Notes: a model not told the origin generated them from the letters alone. A stretch of DNA of 64,000 nt from an uncultured Gemmatimonadales bacterium (GCA_963739455.1 CAVUAK010000001.1:448001-512000); one strand, 5' to 3'; counted from the stretch's first letter, positions 47,574-59,484 are shown. Numbers and translations: made by a program.

Positions 47574-50353
47574 GTCGCTGCGGCCTTCTTCTTTCTGCCG
47601 CGCGCGGGACGCTTGCCCCGGGGCATCGACGCGCGCTTGGCCGCGAGCAGCTCGATGGCCTCGGGAGCGGTGAACGCCGCTGGATCGCTGCCGCGCGGAA
47701 GCGAGGCGCTGATGTCACCGTGCTTCACGTAGGGACCGTACTGGCCCTCATACAGGCCGATCGGTTCCTTGTCATCGGGATGGTTGCCCAGCACGCGGAT
47801 CGGGGTGGCGGTGCGACGGCCACGGCTCTGCTTCGGCTGCGCCAGCAGTTCGAGCGCGCGCGGCAGCAGCACCGTGAGGACGTCGTCCTCGCCCTTGAGG
47901 GAACGGTACTCCTTTCCCTCCTTGCCCTTGTCATAGACGATGTAGGGCCCGAAGCGACCGAGGCCCGCCTGCACCTTGTTGCCATCGGCAGGATGGACGC
48001 CAAGCGTGCGCGGCAGGCTCAGCAGTCCCACAGCCATGTCGAGCGTCGCGTCCTCAGGCTTCACACCCTTGGGCAGCGAGGCCCGCTTCGGCTTCGGGGC
48101 ACCGTCCACCACTTCGCCCAGTTGAAGGTAGGGACCGTACTGGCCGGTGAGAACGAAGATCGGCTCACCCGTTTCAGGATGCCGCCCGAGCTCGTCCGGG
48201 CCGGCGATCTTCTGCCGCAGGATGTTCTCGACCTGCTCGGAGGAGAGATCGGCCGGCGCGGCATCCTTGGGGATCGACGCCTTCACGCTCTCGCCATCGC
48301 GCAGCACCTCCACGTACGGCCCGAACTTTCCGATCTTCACGATCGCATCGAGGCCGCCAAGGTCCACCGTGCGCGCCGCCGTCGGGTCGATCTGCTTTTC
48401 ATGCAGCTGCACCTGCTGCCGGAGCCCCTCGTCGCCGAGGTAGAACTCCCGCAGGTACGGCAGCCACTCGGCATGGCCCTCGGAGATCTCGTCGAGGGTC
48501 TCTTCCATGCGCGCGGTGAACTTCTCGTCCACCAGGTGCGGGAAGTGCTCCTCCAGCAGTGCCGTTACCGCGAAGGCGGTGAACGTCGGCACCAGCGCCT
48601 GGCCCTGCCGCTGGGCGTAGCCGCGCTCGAGGATCGTGCCGATGACGCTGGCATAGGTGCTGGGCCGGCCGACGCCGTCGGCCTCGAGCGCCTTCACCAG
48701 CGTCGCTTCGGTGTAGCGCGCCGGCGGCTGCGTCTCGTGTGACAGCGCCTCGAGCTCGTCGCAGGTGGGCGTGTCGCCCTCCTTGAGCGGCGGCAGGATG
48801 ATCTCCTGGTCCTCGAGTGCCGCCTCGGGATCATCCGATCCCTCGACGTACGCCCGAAGGAAGCCGGGGAAGTCGATGCGCTTGCCCGTGGCGCGGAAGA
48901 TCGCGTCGGCCGCCTCGATCGTGGCCGCAATGCCGGTCTGGCGCGCGTCGGCCATCTGGCTCGCGACGGTGCGCTTCCAGATGAGGTCGTACAGCGCGAG
49001 CTCCCGCCCGTCGAGTCCCGCCTCGCTCGGCAGCTTGAAGAAGGCGCCGGCAGGCCGGATCGCCTCGTGCGCTTCCTGGGCGTTGGCGCTCTTGTTGGAA
49101 TAGCGCCGCGGCTCGGCCGGCAGGTACTCCTTGCCGTAGAGCCCATGCACCGCGTTCCGTGCCGCCGAGATGGCCTGCTCGGAGAGGTGCACCGAGTCGG
49201 TACGCATGTAGGTGATGAAACCGCGCTCGTACAGGCTCTGGGCAGTGCGCATGGTGTCGCGCGCGGAGAGACGGAGCTTCCGGTTGGCTTCCTGCTGCAG
49301 GGTGGACGTTGTGAACGGCGCCCACGGCCGGCGGATGCTGGGCTTTTCCTCGGTGCCGGTGACGGTCCACTTCGACTTGAGGAGGCGGGTGCGGAGGTCG
49401 CCGGCATCCTGCTCGCCGAGGAGTACCACGTCGCGGCCAACAATGAGCTTGCCGGTGGATTCGTCGAAGTCGCGCCCGGTGGCGACCTTCTTCCCGCCCA
49501 CCAGGCTGAGCTCCGCCTTGAACTGCGCCCCGGCATGCCGCAGCTGGGCCACCAGGTCCCAGTAGGTGCCGGCGCGGAAGGCGCGGCGCTCGCGCTCGCG
49601 CACCACGAGCAGGCGCATCGCCACCGACTGCACCCGGCCCGCCGACAGGCCCCACGCGATCTTCTTCCAGAGCAGCGGCGACAGCGTGTAGCCGACGAGG
49701 CGGTCGAGGATGCGCCGCGTTTCCTGTGCCCGCACCAGGCGGTCGTCCACGTCGCGCGTGTGCTCCAGCGCGTCCTGGATCGCCTCCTTCGTGATCTCGT
49801 GGAACACCATGCGCTTCACCGGCACCTTCGGCTGCAGCAGCTCGTGCAGGTGCCAGGAAATGCTCTCTCCCTCGCGGTCTTCGTCGGTCGCGAGGATCAG
49901 CTGGTCGGAATCGGCGAGCGCATCCTTGAGCTCACGAACGATCGCCTTCTTGTCGGACGGCACGATGTACAGCGGCTCGAAATCGTTGTCGACGTTGACG
50001 CCGAGCCGGGACCACTCGAGCGCCTTGTACTTGGCGGGGATTTCCTTCGCATCGCCCGGCAGGTCGCGGACGTGGCCCATCGAGGCCTCCACCCGGTACC
50101 CGGCAGGGAGGAACGCGCGGATGGTGCGCGCCTTGGTGGGCGACTCGACGATCACCAGCGTGCGGCCACCGCCCTTGAAGGGACGTACTGGCGGCTTCGC
50201 CCGCTTCACCGCCGGCTCGCGCTCCGCCACGACCGCCGCAGCGGCCTTGGTGACCTTCGGGACCTTGGTCGCCTTCGCCACCTTGGTCGCCTTGGTCTTC
50301 GTCGCCTTCTTCGCCGGCGCCTTCTTCTTGCCCGGCGGTGTCCGTGTTGCCAT
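47570..50353 (-). CDS. topA: DNA topoisomerase I
   Basis: [44 protein letters not shown]-terminal G[KR]FGPY repeats instead of Zn fingers. Confidence 0.97.
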   Translation of the reverse strand: MATRTPPGKKKAPAKKATKTKATKVAKATKVPKVTKAAAAVVAEREPAVKRAKPPVRPFKGGGRTLVIVESPTKARTIRAFLPAGYRVEASMGHVRDLPGDAKEIPAKYKALEWSRLGVNVDNDFEPLYIVPSDKKAIVRELKDALADSDQLILATDEDREGESISWHLHELLQPKVPVKRMVFHEITKEAIQDALEHTRDVDDRLVRAQETRRILDRLVGYTLSPLLWKKIAWGLSAGRVQSVAMRLLVVRERERRAFRAGTYWDLVAQLRHAGAQFKAELSLVGGKKVATGRDFDESTGKLIVGRDVVLLGEQDAGDLRTRLLKSKWTVTGTEEKPSIRRPWAPFTTSTLQQEANRKLRLSARDTMRTAQSLYERGFITYMRTDSVHLSEQAISAARNAVHGLYGKEYLPAEPRRYSNKSANAQEAHEAIRPAGAFFKLPSEAGLDGRELALYDLIWKRTVASQMADARQTGIAATIEAADAIFRATGKRIDFPGFLRAYVEGSDDPEAALEDQEIILPPLKEGDTPTCDELEALSHETQPPARYTEATLVKALEADGVGRPSTYASVIGTILERGYAQRQGQALVPTFTAFAVTALLEEHFPHLVDEKFTARMEETLDEISEGHAEWLPYLREFYLGDEGLRQQVQLHEKQIDPTAARTVDLGGLDAIVKIGKFGPYVEVLRDGESVKASIPKDAAPADLSSEQVENILRQKIAGPDELGRHPETGEPIFVLTGQYGPYLQLGEVVDGAPKPKRASLPKGVKPEDATLDMAVGLLSLPRTLGVHPADGNKVQAGLGRFGPYIVYDKGKEGKEYRSLKGEDDVLTVLLPRALELLAQPKQSRGRRTATPIRVLGNHPDDKEPIGLYEGQYGPYVKHGDISASLPRGSDPAAFTAPEAIELLAAKRASMPRGKRPARGRKKKAAAT

Positions 50354-50361
50354 AAGCCTCA

Positions 50362-50385
50362 GGACGTGGGGACGTGAGGACGTGA
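50362..50385. repeat. Tandem 8-mer (GGACGTGA)x3, reverse complement of TCACGTCC
   Basis: Directly visible upstream of the topA start. Confidence 0.85.
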
Positions 50386-50407
50386 GAGTGCAGTGGGGCG
50401 CATCAGG

Positions 50408-50926
50408 CTACCACCCTGCCTGCTGGCGCGCCAGCACGACGATGTCATCGGCCGTCTGTTGCGCCGTGCGCATGTCGTTCTTCACTTCGACGTCGGCCTG
50501 CTGGTACCAGGGCTCGCGCTCCAGCATCAGCTTGCGCATCGTGTCGACCGGGTCCTCGCCCACCATGAGCGGCCGCGATGCACCACCCTCGATGCGCTTC
50601 ACCGCCGTTGTCACCATGCACTTCAGGTAAATGACGAAGGAGCTGTCGCGCACCGGCGCGAGGTTCCCCTCCTGGGCCGCCCAGCCACCGCCCGGTACGA
50701 TCACCGAAGGCTCGGCGGCCAGCGCGTCATTGACGGCATCCCGCTCGATGGTGCGGAACCGGGTCTCGCCGAGTTCGGCAAAGATACGCGCCACCGGCAT
50801 CTGCATGCGGCGCACAATGACCGCGTCGATGTCCACAAAGGGGCAGCCCAGCTTCTCGGCCACGAGCGCGCCGACGGTGGTCTTGCCCGCGCCCGGCAGC
50901 CCGATGAGCACGATCTGCTGCTTCAT
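50408..50926 (-). CDS. aroK: Shikimate kinase
   Basis: [27 protein letters not shown]. Confidence 0.93.
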   Translation of the reverse strand: MKQQIVLIGLPGAGKTTVGALVAEKLGCPFVDIDAVIVRRMQMPVARIFAELGETRFRTIERDAVNDALAAEPSVIVPGGGWAAQEGNLAPVRDSSFVIYLKCMVTTAVKRIEGGASRPLMVGEDPVDTMRKLMLEREPWYQQADVEVKNDMRTAQQTADDIVVLARQQAGW

Positions 50927-52157
50927 GACGACGCCGCGGAGGCTGGCGTGTCGATCGCCCGCCACCGCGCCCCGAGGGCCTCGGTATATCCCTGCACGTT
51001 GCGCCGCATTTCAGTAAGGGAATCGCCGCCGAACTTCTCGAGCATCGCGTCGGCCAGCACCAGTGCCACCAGCGCCTCGGCGATCACGCCCATGGCTGGC
51101 ACCGCGGTGACATCGGAGCGCTCGCTCTGGGCGTTGGCGCTCGATCCATCAGTAAGGTCCACCGTGGGCAGGGGCGACATCAGCGTGGAGATGGGCTTCA
51201 TGGCCACGCGGATGACCAGCGGCTCGCCGGTAGTCATGCCGCCCTCGAGCCCGCCGGCGTTGTTGGTGCGCCGCCGGAACCCGCCACGGCTATCACCCCC
51301 GTGCGGCGACACGTCGTCGCCGTCGGCATCGATCGGGTCGTGCACCGTCGAACCGGGCCGGCGCGCCGCCTCGAAGCCGAGCCCGATCTCCACACCCTTC
51401 ACCGCCGGGATCGACATGAGCATGCCGGCCAGACGGCCATCGAGCTTCCGGTCCCAGCTTACGTGGCTGCCGAGCCCCAGGACGAGGCCCCGGACGACCA
51501 CCTCGATCTCGCCGCCCAGGGTGTCGCCGGCCTCTCTTGGCCTGGTCGATGTGCGAAATGATCTCACGCTCCACCGCGGGGTCGAGCACTCGTACCTCGC
51601 TCCGGTCGGCCGCCTCGTTGAGCGGCGACGGGCAGCGGATCGGGAACGGCCGCCCGGATACCGCCCAGCGAAACCACGTGGCTTCCGATTTCTACGCCGA
51701 ATTCGTCGAGCAGCCGCCGGGCCAGGGCACCAGCCGCCACCCGCGCCGTGGTCTCACGGGCACTGGCCCGCTCGAGGATATCGCGCGCGTCGAGGCGGTC
51801 GTACTTGAGCACGCCCACCAGGTCGGCGTGCCCGGGCCGCGGTCGCGTTACCCGGCGGCGGCGGATCTCCCCATCGCCATCGGCGGACATCACGTCTTCC
51901 CAGTTGCTCCAGTCGCGATTCGGGATGAGCATCGCCACCGGGCTGCCCAGCGTCTCCCCCGCCCTGACGCCGGCCAGCCACTCGACCCGGTCCTTCTCGA
52001 TCTTCATGCGCGCGCCGCGACCGTATCCCTGCATCCGGCGCGCAAGATCGCGATCGACCCAGTTCGCCGATACGGGCAGTCCCGCGGGAAGCCCCTCGAC
52101 GATCGCGACGAGGGCCTTCCCGTGGGACTCACCTGCTGTCGTGAACCGCAGTCGCAT
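50923..52157 (-). CDS. aroC: Chorismate synthase (two apparent frameshifts, near 51628 and 51536)
   Basis: [46 protein letters not shown]. Confidence 0.93.
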
Positions 52158-52184
52158 CCTGGCGCTGACACCCCTTCCTGCAAG

Positions 52185-52213
52185 CAAACGAGCCCGGCGG
52201 GCAGCCGGGCTCG
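52185..52213 (-). terminator. Hairpin after pilQ, possible terminator
   Basis: CGAGCCCGGC-N5-GCCGGGCTCG followed by TTTG on the minus strand. Confidence 0.5.
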
Positions 52214-52235
52214 CAGCTAGCTCCTGCCACCTGCG

Positions 52236-54077
52236 TCAGTTCGTGGGCTGGCCGTCGTCGATAATACGCGGCGTGACCAAGATAATCAGGTCCCGACGGT
52301 GCTCTTCGTCGGACGAGTAGGAGAAGAGCTTGCCAACCAGCGGCAGGGAGCTCAGGAGCGGAACACCCGAGCGGCTCTTCTTCACTTCCGTCACCGTCAG
52401 GCCGCCGATGACCGCAGTCTCGCCGTCGTTGACCAGGAGCTGGTTGGTGGCCAGCTGCTTGGTGAACACGTAACCGAGGTCCGTCGCCGCCAGTGGCACC
52501 ACCGCCGACCGCTCCGTACGGAGGGCCATGAGGATCTGGCGGTTGGCCGTGACATGCGGCGTGACAGTAAGCCGGATGCCGGTTTCGCGGAAGGACACCG
52601 TGGCGCGAGGTGCCTGGCCCGCCACGCCGACTGAGCTGTAGTCGACCACACGGAGCGGCACTTCTTCACCGACGAGGATGTCCGCCGGGCGGTTGTCGAG
52701 CGTCGAGATGACCGGCTCAGCCTGCACGTCCGACAGGTCGACCGTCTCGACCGCCTGGAGGAACGTGGTCAGGTTGAAGCCACCCAGCGCCGTCGAGAAG
52801 ACGAGGTCGAGGGCCGAGCCGATGATGTTGCTGTTCGCGTTCGCGATGCCGGCCACCTGGTTGCCGCCGAGGTCGACGATCGTGGTGTTCGGGTTGTATG
52901 GCGCGTCCGTGGTCGGATCGGTGCGCGTCACGACCTTGTTGTAGAACTGCGAGCTCGTGCCCAGGTCGTACTTCAGGCCCAGCTGCTCGATGTCGCTGCG
53001 CTCGACGAAGATGATCTTCGCCTGGATGCTGAGCTGCGGGGTCTTGATGTCGAGACCGCGGGCAAAGTCGGCAATCTGGCCGACGCGGCTGCGGGTGTCG
53101 GTGATGACCAGCGAGTTGGTCGCGGTGTCCGCGACGACGCGGCCCCGGCCCTTGGTCAGGATCGACTCGACGGTCTTGCTGAGCGCGGCGGCCTGGGCGT
53201 AGTTGACGCGCACGACGCTGGTCTCCAGCGGCTCGAGCGAATCGAGTGCGGCGAGCACCTGCGGCGCGTCGACGCGGATGATCCCGCCCGGCATTTCCTG
53301 CGCGGTGAGGCCCTGGGTGGCAAGCACGGCCTGGAAGGCCTGCGGCCACGGCTGGTTCTTGATTTCGGCTGTGACTTCGCCGGTGATCGACTTGCCCAGG
53401 ATGATCGTCCGACCGCTGAAGGCGGCGAAACCGGCCACCACGTCGGCGATGCTTGCACGGTCCCAGGTCACCGTGATGCGCGGCTCAGCGTTGTTCCGCA
53501 TGGCCGCCATCCGGTTCATCGGGATCGAGTTCACTTCCGGCCCGGGCTGCGAGGCGTACTGCGCGTGCGGGGCCTCGTCGGCCGCAGTGTCGATCTCGTT
53601 GTCTGCAACCTGCTGCGTTGCCGCCGCCTTCACGACCCGCGTACCCGCCGGGCCGTTCGAGGACCACCCGGCAAAGTTCGCCGAGCTGCCGAAGGACACG
53701 CGGATCTCGCCACCGTTCTGCTCCACCTTGTAGGGCTTCGCCGATTCGAGGTCGAGCACGATGCGCACGGTGCCCGGCTTGTACTGGGCGTAGCGCACGT
53801 TGGTGATGCCACCGCGGTTGACGCCGTCGTAGAGCTTGATCTGGCTGGTGCTGAGCTGCGCACCGACGAGGTCGAGCACGAGGCGATCCGGGTCAGCCAG
53901 GAAGAAATCGTTGACCTGCACATTGCCGGTGACTTGCAGGACGAAATCGACCCGGCCTGGTGCCGCAACGATACTTACGGCTGTCAGCTCGCCGGCCGGG
54001 GGCGCCGCCGCCCAGGCAGCGGGAGCCGTGCCCATTACGAGGGCAGCAGCCATGAGTGCACGGTACAGGCGCGTCAT
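52236..54077 (-). CDS. pilQ: Type IV pilus secretin with AMIN domain
   Basis: PDRLVLDL and VRIVLDL (AMIN), N-domains, QAKII, ETGIRLTVTPHV, DGETAVIGGL, GVPLLSSLPLVGKLF, VTPRII. Confidence 0.93.
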   Translation of the reverse strand: MTRLYRALMAAALVMGTAPAAWAAAPPAGELTAVSIVAAPGRVDFVLQVTGNVQVNDFFLADPDRLVLDLVGAQLSTSQIKLYDGVNRGGITNVRYAQYKPGTVRIVLDLESAKPYKVEQNGGEIRVSFGSSANFAGWSSNGPAGTRVVKAAATQQVADNEIDTAADEAPHAQYASQPGPEVNSIPMNRMAAMRNNAEPRITVTWDRASIADVVAGFAAFSGRTIILGKSITGEVTAEIKNQPWPQAFQAVLATQGLTAQEMPGGIIRVDAPQVLAALDSLEPLETSVVRVNYAQAAALSKTVESILTKGRGRVVADTATNSLVITDTRSRVGQIADFARGLDIKTPQLSIQAKIIFVERSDIEQLGLKYDLGTSSQFYNKVVTRTDPTTDAPYNPNTTIVDLGGNQVAGIANANSNIIGSALDLVFSTALGGFNLTTFLQAVETVDLSDVQAEPVISTLDNRPADILVGEEVPLRVVDYSSVGVAGQAPRATVSFRETGIRLTVTPHVTANRQILMALRTERSAVVPLAATDLGYVFTKQLATNQLLVNDGETAVIGGLTVTEVKKSRSGVPLLSSLPLVGKLFSYSSDEEHRRDLIILVTPRIIDDGQPTN

Positions 54078-54955
54078 TGGGTCAAATCCTCCTGCTTGCG
54101 GAGCGAGAGAGTTTCCTGGCGCTCAAATCCGAAGTCTTCCACGGTGAACACGACGTCCTTCGTTCGAATCTGCGCCACCCGCAGGCGCCCGATCTGGTCC
54201 CCGGTCCGCAGCTTGTGCCGCTTCCCGGATTGCTTCTCACGCAGCACGGCGACGCTGTTGGCCGACGACCGCATGTCCTGGTAGATGCCGACGAGCTGCA
54301 GGTCGATCAGCTCGGGACCGGCGGACTTGGTGTTGATCAGCGAGCCGAAGGGGTCACGCGCACCGCCGCCATAGGCGAACGTCTCGCGCAGGACCTCGAC
54401 TTCCGTCACTTCTCCCTGCGGCAGCGCGGGCGATGAATCCGTCCGGGTGCTGGCCGCCAGCGTCGCCGCGGCGGGCGCCCCATCAGGGGCCGGGATCGCC
54501 TGGCTGGCCCGGCGCACCGAGTCGGCCATCGCGAGCTGCTGCTGCGCTGCGCTCTGTCCGGTCGGCGCTGCCGCCGGGGCCGGGACAGGAACGGCGCGGG
54601 CTGAACTGGCGGCCGAGTCGCCTGCCGCCGCGAGGGCCGCGGCCGAGGTCGACTTCGGTGCGCCGCAGGCCGTCGTGACCTCAGGCGCCACCTGGCCGGT
54701 GGTGAGCTTCGCGAGCTTGCGCTTGCCGGCGGCAGTCTTCTGGAGCACCACCGTCACCGAGTCACTGCAGGTCGTGTAGGCGACCGTCGCGAGCGAATCG
54801 AGTGCGCGCGCCTTGCGGATGCTGTCCGTCCGCGCGCGGAGCTGCGCCATCCGCGCCTCCGCTGCCTTCTCGGCTTCTGCTTCCTTCTTGGAGCCGCCGC
54901 ACGCCGCGAGCATCGCGGCCAGGACGAGAACGGCCCACCGGCGATCAGGTGCCAC
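54074..54955 (-). CDS. PilP-like lipoprotein
   Basis: Lipobox LAAC, RDPF motif, LQLVGI...GDQIG C-terminal domain, located between pilO and pilQ. Confidence 0.7.
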   Translation of the reverse strand: MAPDRRWAVLVLAAMLAACGGSKKEAEAEKAAEARMAQLRARTDSIRKARALDSLATVAYTTCSDSVTVVLQKTAAGKRKLAKLTTGQVAPEVTTACGAPKSTSAAALAAAGDSAASSARAVPVPAPAAAPTGQSAAQQQLAMADSVRRASQAIPAPDGAPAAATLAASTRTDSSPALPQGEVTEVEVLRETFAYGGGARDPFGSLINTKSAGPELIDLQLVGIYQDMRSSANSVAVLREKQSGKRHKLRTGDQIGRLRVAQIRTKDVVFTVEDFGFERQETLSLRKQEDLTQ

Positions 54956-55583
54956 TGGCCTCTCCCTCCGCCGCGCTAGCGGACTTCACATAGGTGCGAA
55001 TCTGGAACTTCGCCTCGAGCATGGCGCCGGATGAATCGCCCAGCACCTTGGCCGAGGCCGGGTTGGCCGGTGCGATCGTCAGGTCCACCGGCACGATGAT
55101 GCGCTGCAGTGATGCGATGTCGCCGAGGAACTCGCCGATCTGGTCGTAGTGCCCCATGACCCGCATGTTGTACTTGTAGGTCGTGAAGGGCGCTGGACCC
55201 CGCTCCTCGGGCAGTGGTGCCACCTCGGCGAGGTTCACGCCGCGGATCTTGGCCCGGGTGCTGATGTCGTCGAGCAGGTTCGGCACCTCATTGCGCTCCG
55301 GCACCAGCCGGCGCAGGAGGGACAGGCTCGAACGGTAGCTCTCCAGCTTGTGCCGCAGGTCCTCGACCGTGCCCCGCGCCAGTTCACGCTTGGCGCTGTC
55401 GGTCTGGGCCTCCAGGTGCTTCACCGTGTCCTGGATGGCAGCGATCTCTTCCTTCTGCTGCTTGAGACCCTTCATGCCGAGGGTGTCCAGCAGCGTCCCG
55501 GTGTAGGCGATGTAGCCCACGAGGCCGGCCAGCAGGATCAGGAAGACGCTGGTGCCCTTTTCTCCTGAAAGCGAGAGTGCCAT
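54945..55583 (-). CDS. pilO: Type IV pilus assembly protein PilO
   Basis: N-terminal TM, coiled coil, LVPERNEVPNLLDDIS, GHYDQIGEFLGDIASLQRII. Confidence 0.88.
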   Translation of the reverse strand: MALSLSGEKGTSVFLILLAGLVGYIAYTGTLLDTLGMKGLKQQKEEIAAIQDTVKHLEAQTDSAKRELARGTVEDLRHKLESYRSSLSLLRRLVPERNEVPNLLDDISTRAKIRGVNLAEVAPLPEERGPAPFTTYKYNMRVMGHYDQIGEFLGDIASLQRIIVPVDLTIAPANPASAKVLGDSSGAMLEAKFQIRTYVKSASAAEGEASGT

Positions 55584-55586
55584 CGC

Positions 55587-56282
55587 TTACCTCACCGACT
55601 GACTGAGCGGGACGGTCCGGATGTACGCGGAATCGGCCGTTGCGAAATTGGCGCGGATGGTGAACGCGGTGACTGGGCGTTCATGCTCCACCACCGTGGA
55701 CACCGAGACAGGCACCACATCGGTCACCCACGGCGAGGCTTCAAGCTGCCGCAGGAACTTCGTATACGCCTGGATGTCGACCGTGCGACCCTGGATGCGG
55801 AACGACGGTGGAAGCCGGCGCACGCTGTCGGTCGCTGCGGAATCGGACACCTGCGGCGCCACCGGGGCCTGGGCCACCACCTCGGTCAGCCAGGTGTACG
55901 CCGGCAGTGCCTGGGCCACCTCGTCGAGCACGTGCGGCCACACATACCGGTCCCGATCCACATCGCGGATCACGCCGATCTGCGCCAGCAACGAGTCGCG
56001 GATGAGCTCCTGCTTCTTCTTCTGCTGGATGAACGCCTTGAACCGGCGGTTCTCCGTCTGGGCCTGCTCGAGGCGCGGCTGCCACTCGGCCAGCTCCGAC
56101 GTCTGCTTCTTCCAGACGCCGCCGAGCCACACGGCGACGGCCAGCCACGAGGCAGCCACGCCGACAAGCAGCGGATCCTTGACCTTGGAGGCCAGGGCCT
56201 TGAGGCGCTCTCCCGCGCCGGCGAGGCGGTTCCCGCCTCCCTTGCGCTTGAGGCCCGGCTTGAGATTGATCGCGATCATCAT
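55587..56282 (-). CDS. pilN: Type IV pilus assembly protein PilN
   Basis: INLKP N-terminal motif, TM, WPHVLDEVAQALP, LEASPW. Confidence 0.88.
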   Translation of the reverse strand: MMIAINLKPGLKRKGGGNRLAGAGERLKALASKVKDPLLVGVAASWLAVAVWLGGVWKKQTSELAEWQPRLEQAQTENRRFKAFIQQKKKQELIRDSLLAQIGVIRDVDRDRYVWPHVLDEVAQALPAYTWLTEVVAQAPVAPQVSDSAATDSVRRLPPSFRIQGRTVDIQAYTKFLRQLEASPWVTDVVPVSVSTVVEHERPVTAFTIRANFATADSAYIRTVPLSQSVR

Positions 56283-56301
56283 GGTGTCGTGACTCCCGGG
56301 G

Positions 56302-57345
56302 TCAGGCGGCCGAACGGAGCGCGAGGCCGATCGGCAGCATCAGCAGCGGCGCCACCTCGTCGACCACCATCATGTCCAGCACGCCGTCGGCGACACGCAG
56401 CCGCTCGATCGGGTTTGCAAGCTGCACCGGCAGGCGCAGCCGGTCGGCCAGCACGCGGTTGAGGCCGGGAATGCGCGCCCCACCACCCGTGGTGTAGAGC
56501 CGGCTCAGGCCGGTGGACGACCGTGACGCCGACTGGAGGAAGGCCGCGGCACGCTCGATACCCACCGCCAGCTCCTCACCGCGCGTCTCCAGGAACGGCT
56601 CCAGTTCCGCCGTGGTCTCCGAACCCTGCAGCATGCGATCCGCCTCTTCCGCGGAGATGCCGCGCTCGCGCTGCATGTCCTCGCGGAAGCGCCGGGTGCC
56701 GACCTGGATGTCGCGCGTCAGCACCGGCACGCCGTCGTCCAGGATGTTCACGTTGGTCAGCTCGTGGCCGATGTTCACCAGGCCCACCACCCCGCGCATC
56801 GCGTCGGGATAATTGAGCTCGAAGGCATTGTGCAGGGCGAAGGCATCGACATCGATGATGCTGGGCTCGAGGCCCACATCAGCGAGGAGGGAAAGCTTGG
56901 TCTCGATGAGTTCCCGCTTGGCCGCCACCAGGAGCACCGTCATCTGCAGCCCGTCACTGTCCGGATCAAGGATCTGGAAGTCGAGCTCGACGTTCTCCAT
57001 GTCGAACGGCACGTGCTGCTCGGCTTCCCAGCGGATCACCTCGCGGGCCTCGGCAGCCTTCATGCGGTCCATCGTGATCTTCTTGATGATTACGTCGCGG
57101 CCCCCAACGGCCGTCACGACCTGCTTGGGCTTGATGCCCGCGGACGACATCAACCCCTTGATCGCCTCAGCGACGATCCCTGGGTCCATGACCTCGCCCT
57201 CGACGATCGCATCGTCCACCACGGAGGTGAACGCGACCTTCGTCAGCACCGGCTCGCCACCACCATGCTGGATGACGACGAGCTTGATCAGGCCGCTGCC
57301 GATGTCGAGACCGACGGTAGTCCGCTTCCGGCCGAACATTGCCAT
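56302..57345 (-). CDS. pilM: Type IV pilus assembly protein PilM
   Basis: VGLDIGSGLIK, WEAEQHVPF, LDFQIL, VLLVAAK, IDVDAFAL, TGGGARIPGL, IGLALR. Confidence 0.95.
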   Translation of the reverse strand: MAMFGRKRTTVGLDIGSGLIKLVVIQHGGGEPVLTKVAFTSVVDDAIVEGEVMDPGIVAEAIKGLMSSAGIKPKQVVTAVGGRDVIIKKITMDRMKAAEAREVIRWEAEQHVPFDMENVELDFQILDPDSDGLQMTVLLVAAKRELIETKLSLLADVGLEPSIIDVDAFALHNAFELNYPDAMRGVVGLVNIGHELTNVNILDDGVPVLTRDIQVGTRRFREDMQRERGISAEEADRMLQGSETTAELEPFLETRGEELAVGIERAAAFLQSASRSSTGLSRLYTTGGGARIPGLNRVLADRLRLPVQLANPIERLRVADGVLDMMVVDEVAPLLMLPIGLALRSAA

Positions 57346-57378
57346 AGGTGCCCGGTTGTTGGGGGGTTATGCAAGGTC

Positions 57379-57408
57379 ACGCTAAGTGATCCCTGCGCCA
57401 CTTGTCAA
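57379..57408 (-). promoter_or_regulatory. Putative sigma70 promoter of pilMNOPQ
   Basis: Minus strand TTGACA-N18-TAGCGT. Confidence 0.4.
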
Positions 57409-57820
57409 CGTTATATGCTACGAGCTCACATGTAACAAGCTCTGCTCTTTCATGCACTTATGCCAGTCGCACCCTAGGATCGTAACCGCCGTCGATCCAC
57501 CCTTCCAGATCCGCCAAAGGAATGCAGCGTACACATTCCATTCAGCCTGGCTCGTTCAGCCGCTCTCGCGAATTCCTGTTCGGCAAAAACGCTCTGTGGG
57601 CAGGTGTCGGAGGAGCAACCCATATGCCATGGGTTGCATTGAAGATGCATCTGTCGCAATGACAACAACTTGAGTGCACTTTCAGGGACAGGGAAAAGGG
57701 TGCCCGGCATCACACCTCACTCCCAAATGCATGGCCTTTCTCACCTTGCCAAGCTGCAAAACCGGTGCGCCACTTCCTGCACGACAACGTGACGCTGCAG
57801 GCCGGACGCGCCTCGACCGC

Positions 57821-58293
57821 TCAGCAGTTGGTCACCGGGCGCTCCGGGACGGGGGCGAGTCGCACTCGGCGCATGCCAGATGAGTCGGTCTCCCGCTGCA
57901 CTTGGAAGAGGCCGCAGAGCTGGCGACGCGCCGCCACACCCTCCCCGCCGGCAAATCCCTGGGCCACCACTTCCACCAGGGCTGTGTCGATGCGCGCCAG
58001 CTCGGCGTAGCCAACGGCCCGCCCGGGCAGGCGCACCGGCGGCGGCATTCGGGCAAGCACGACATCGAGGCTCTCCGGCGCCGCCTGCTCCACCCAGTCA
58101 CGGGCGCTCGCGAGTGCCGCCTCGGTCGCCGCAGCGGCACGCGCGCCGGCCAGTGACTCGAGCCCGGCGCGTGCCTCCACCCGGAGGGTCCAGAACAATC
58201 CGGCGATGAGGATCTCGAGGAGGAGCAGGACGAAGAGGGCGAGCAGCATGGCGCTTCCACTTCGGCGAGTGCGCCGCGACCAGGTGCGATCAT
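57821..58293 (-). CDS. PilX-like minor pilin (apparent frameshift near the start)
   Basis: RRSG-SAMLLALFVLLLLEILIAGLF, ARAAAATEAAL, third gene of the minor-pilin trio. Confidence 0.6.
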
Positions 58294-59110
58294 GGCACGC
58301 CTCCATTCCGCAGCGCGACCGTAGCACGCAGAGTGTCCGTCGCACGTGCCCCTGCCCGGGAACCCCCGCCTGCGGTACGGAAGCGACCAGCCTCAGCTCC
58401 AGCAGCTGCGCCTCGGCGGGAAGGGCAAGATTGGCGTCGCCGTCGAGCCAACCCAGCGACGAGGCCGCGAACCGCCAGCGGCCCGGCGATGGGCTGGATG
58501 ACGTCACCAGGCCGAAGTGATCGCGCCCCGACCCACCACGAGCCGCCACTCTCGTACAGCCGGATGCGCATCCATTCGAACACTCGCACCGGGAGGTCAC
58601 TCAATGACGCCCGGGCGAGAAGGTCGGGCAGGAGCGCAAGCCGGAGCCCCGGGCTTCCATCGCGGCAATGGCCTCGGGTCGGTGCGGCAAGCAGGGGCGA
58701 GGCAACCCAGGTGACCGTCGCGGGGAACGAGTCGGCAGGGAGCAGGACGAGCAGGCTGTCACGCGCGGGATCGGGAAGTCGCCAGGCGCGATAGTCGGCA
58801 TCGCGCACGACGACGGTGCTGCCCTCGATGCCGCAGGTGTATCCACTGCCCCGCCCGGCGCGGTAGGTGACGCTCTCCGCCGCGAAGCCGCCGATATCGC
58901 GTGCAGGTGCCACATCGCCCACCTCGCGCTCGACCACCGCGGCGACCTCGCGCAGCATGCCCTCCTGCCGGGCCCGCTCGCGGCTGCGATCGGCGGTGCG
59001 CACCGCCTGACAGCGCCGCCGATGTTACGCTGCCGGCCACCACGGCGAGCAGCGACCATGCTGACCAGCAACTCGACGAGGGAGAATCCCCGGTTCGATG
59101 CCGTGTTCAT
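58290..59110 (-). CDS. PilW-like minor pilin (frameshifted)
   Basis: MNTASNRG-FSLVELLVSM prepilin motif, body continues in ORF 58290..59003. Confidence 0.7.
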
Positions 59111-59452
59111 GAGCAGCGCACCACCGTGGCGACGGAGTCTGCCGCTGCGGCCAGCTCGGGCGGTCGATCAGCACGGTGACGCGGCGCAGCGACGGGCGAC
59201 ACGTCCGGCGCCCACGTAACCCGGGCACCGCTGAAGGCCCGGCTGCCTGACGTCCGCGGCACATACGCTGTCGCTCCGCGCCACCCGCGCGAGGAGGTCC
59301 CGGCCCCGCACCGCGGCGCGGGTGGCCAGTCGGCCCCGGGCGAGCAGTCGCTCTCCGGAGCTGAGCACGCCGGCGAGGCCGAGCAGCGCCACCTCGAGCA
59401 CGAGCACGGCGACCAGCGTGTCGATGAGGGTGAAACCAGTGCGGGATGTCAT
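59107..59452 (-). CDS. PilV-like minor pilin (frameshifted)
   Basis: MTSRTG-FTLIDTLVAVLVLEVALLGLAG, with the C-terminal RRVTVLI segment in another frame. Confidence 0.7.
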
Positions 59453-59484
59453 GCGTGCTCCGGGAGAGGGAGCACCCACCATGG

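Noticed and set aside
40705..52157. mogA, gcvT, trmFO and aroC as pseudogenes or programmed frameshifts
   Set aside because: All catalytic motifs are retained and no slippery heptamer/pseudoknot pattern is evident, so sequencing error is more parsimonious
57346..57820. Small ORFs in the lower-GC gap upstream of pilM
   Set aside because: No RBS, atypical codons and no motifs. More likely regulatory DNA (contains a TGTC-N5-GACA palindrome near 57652).
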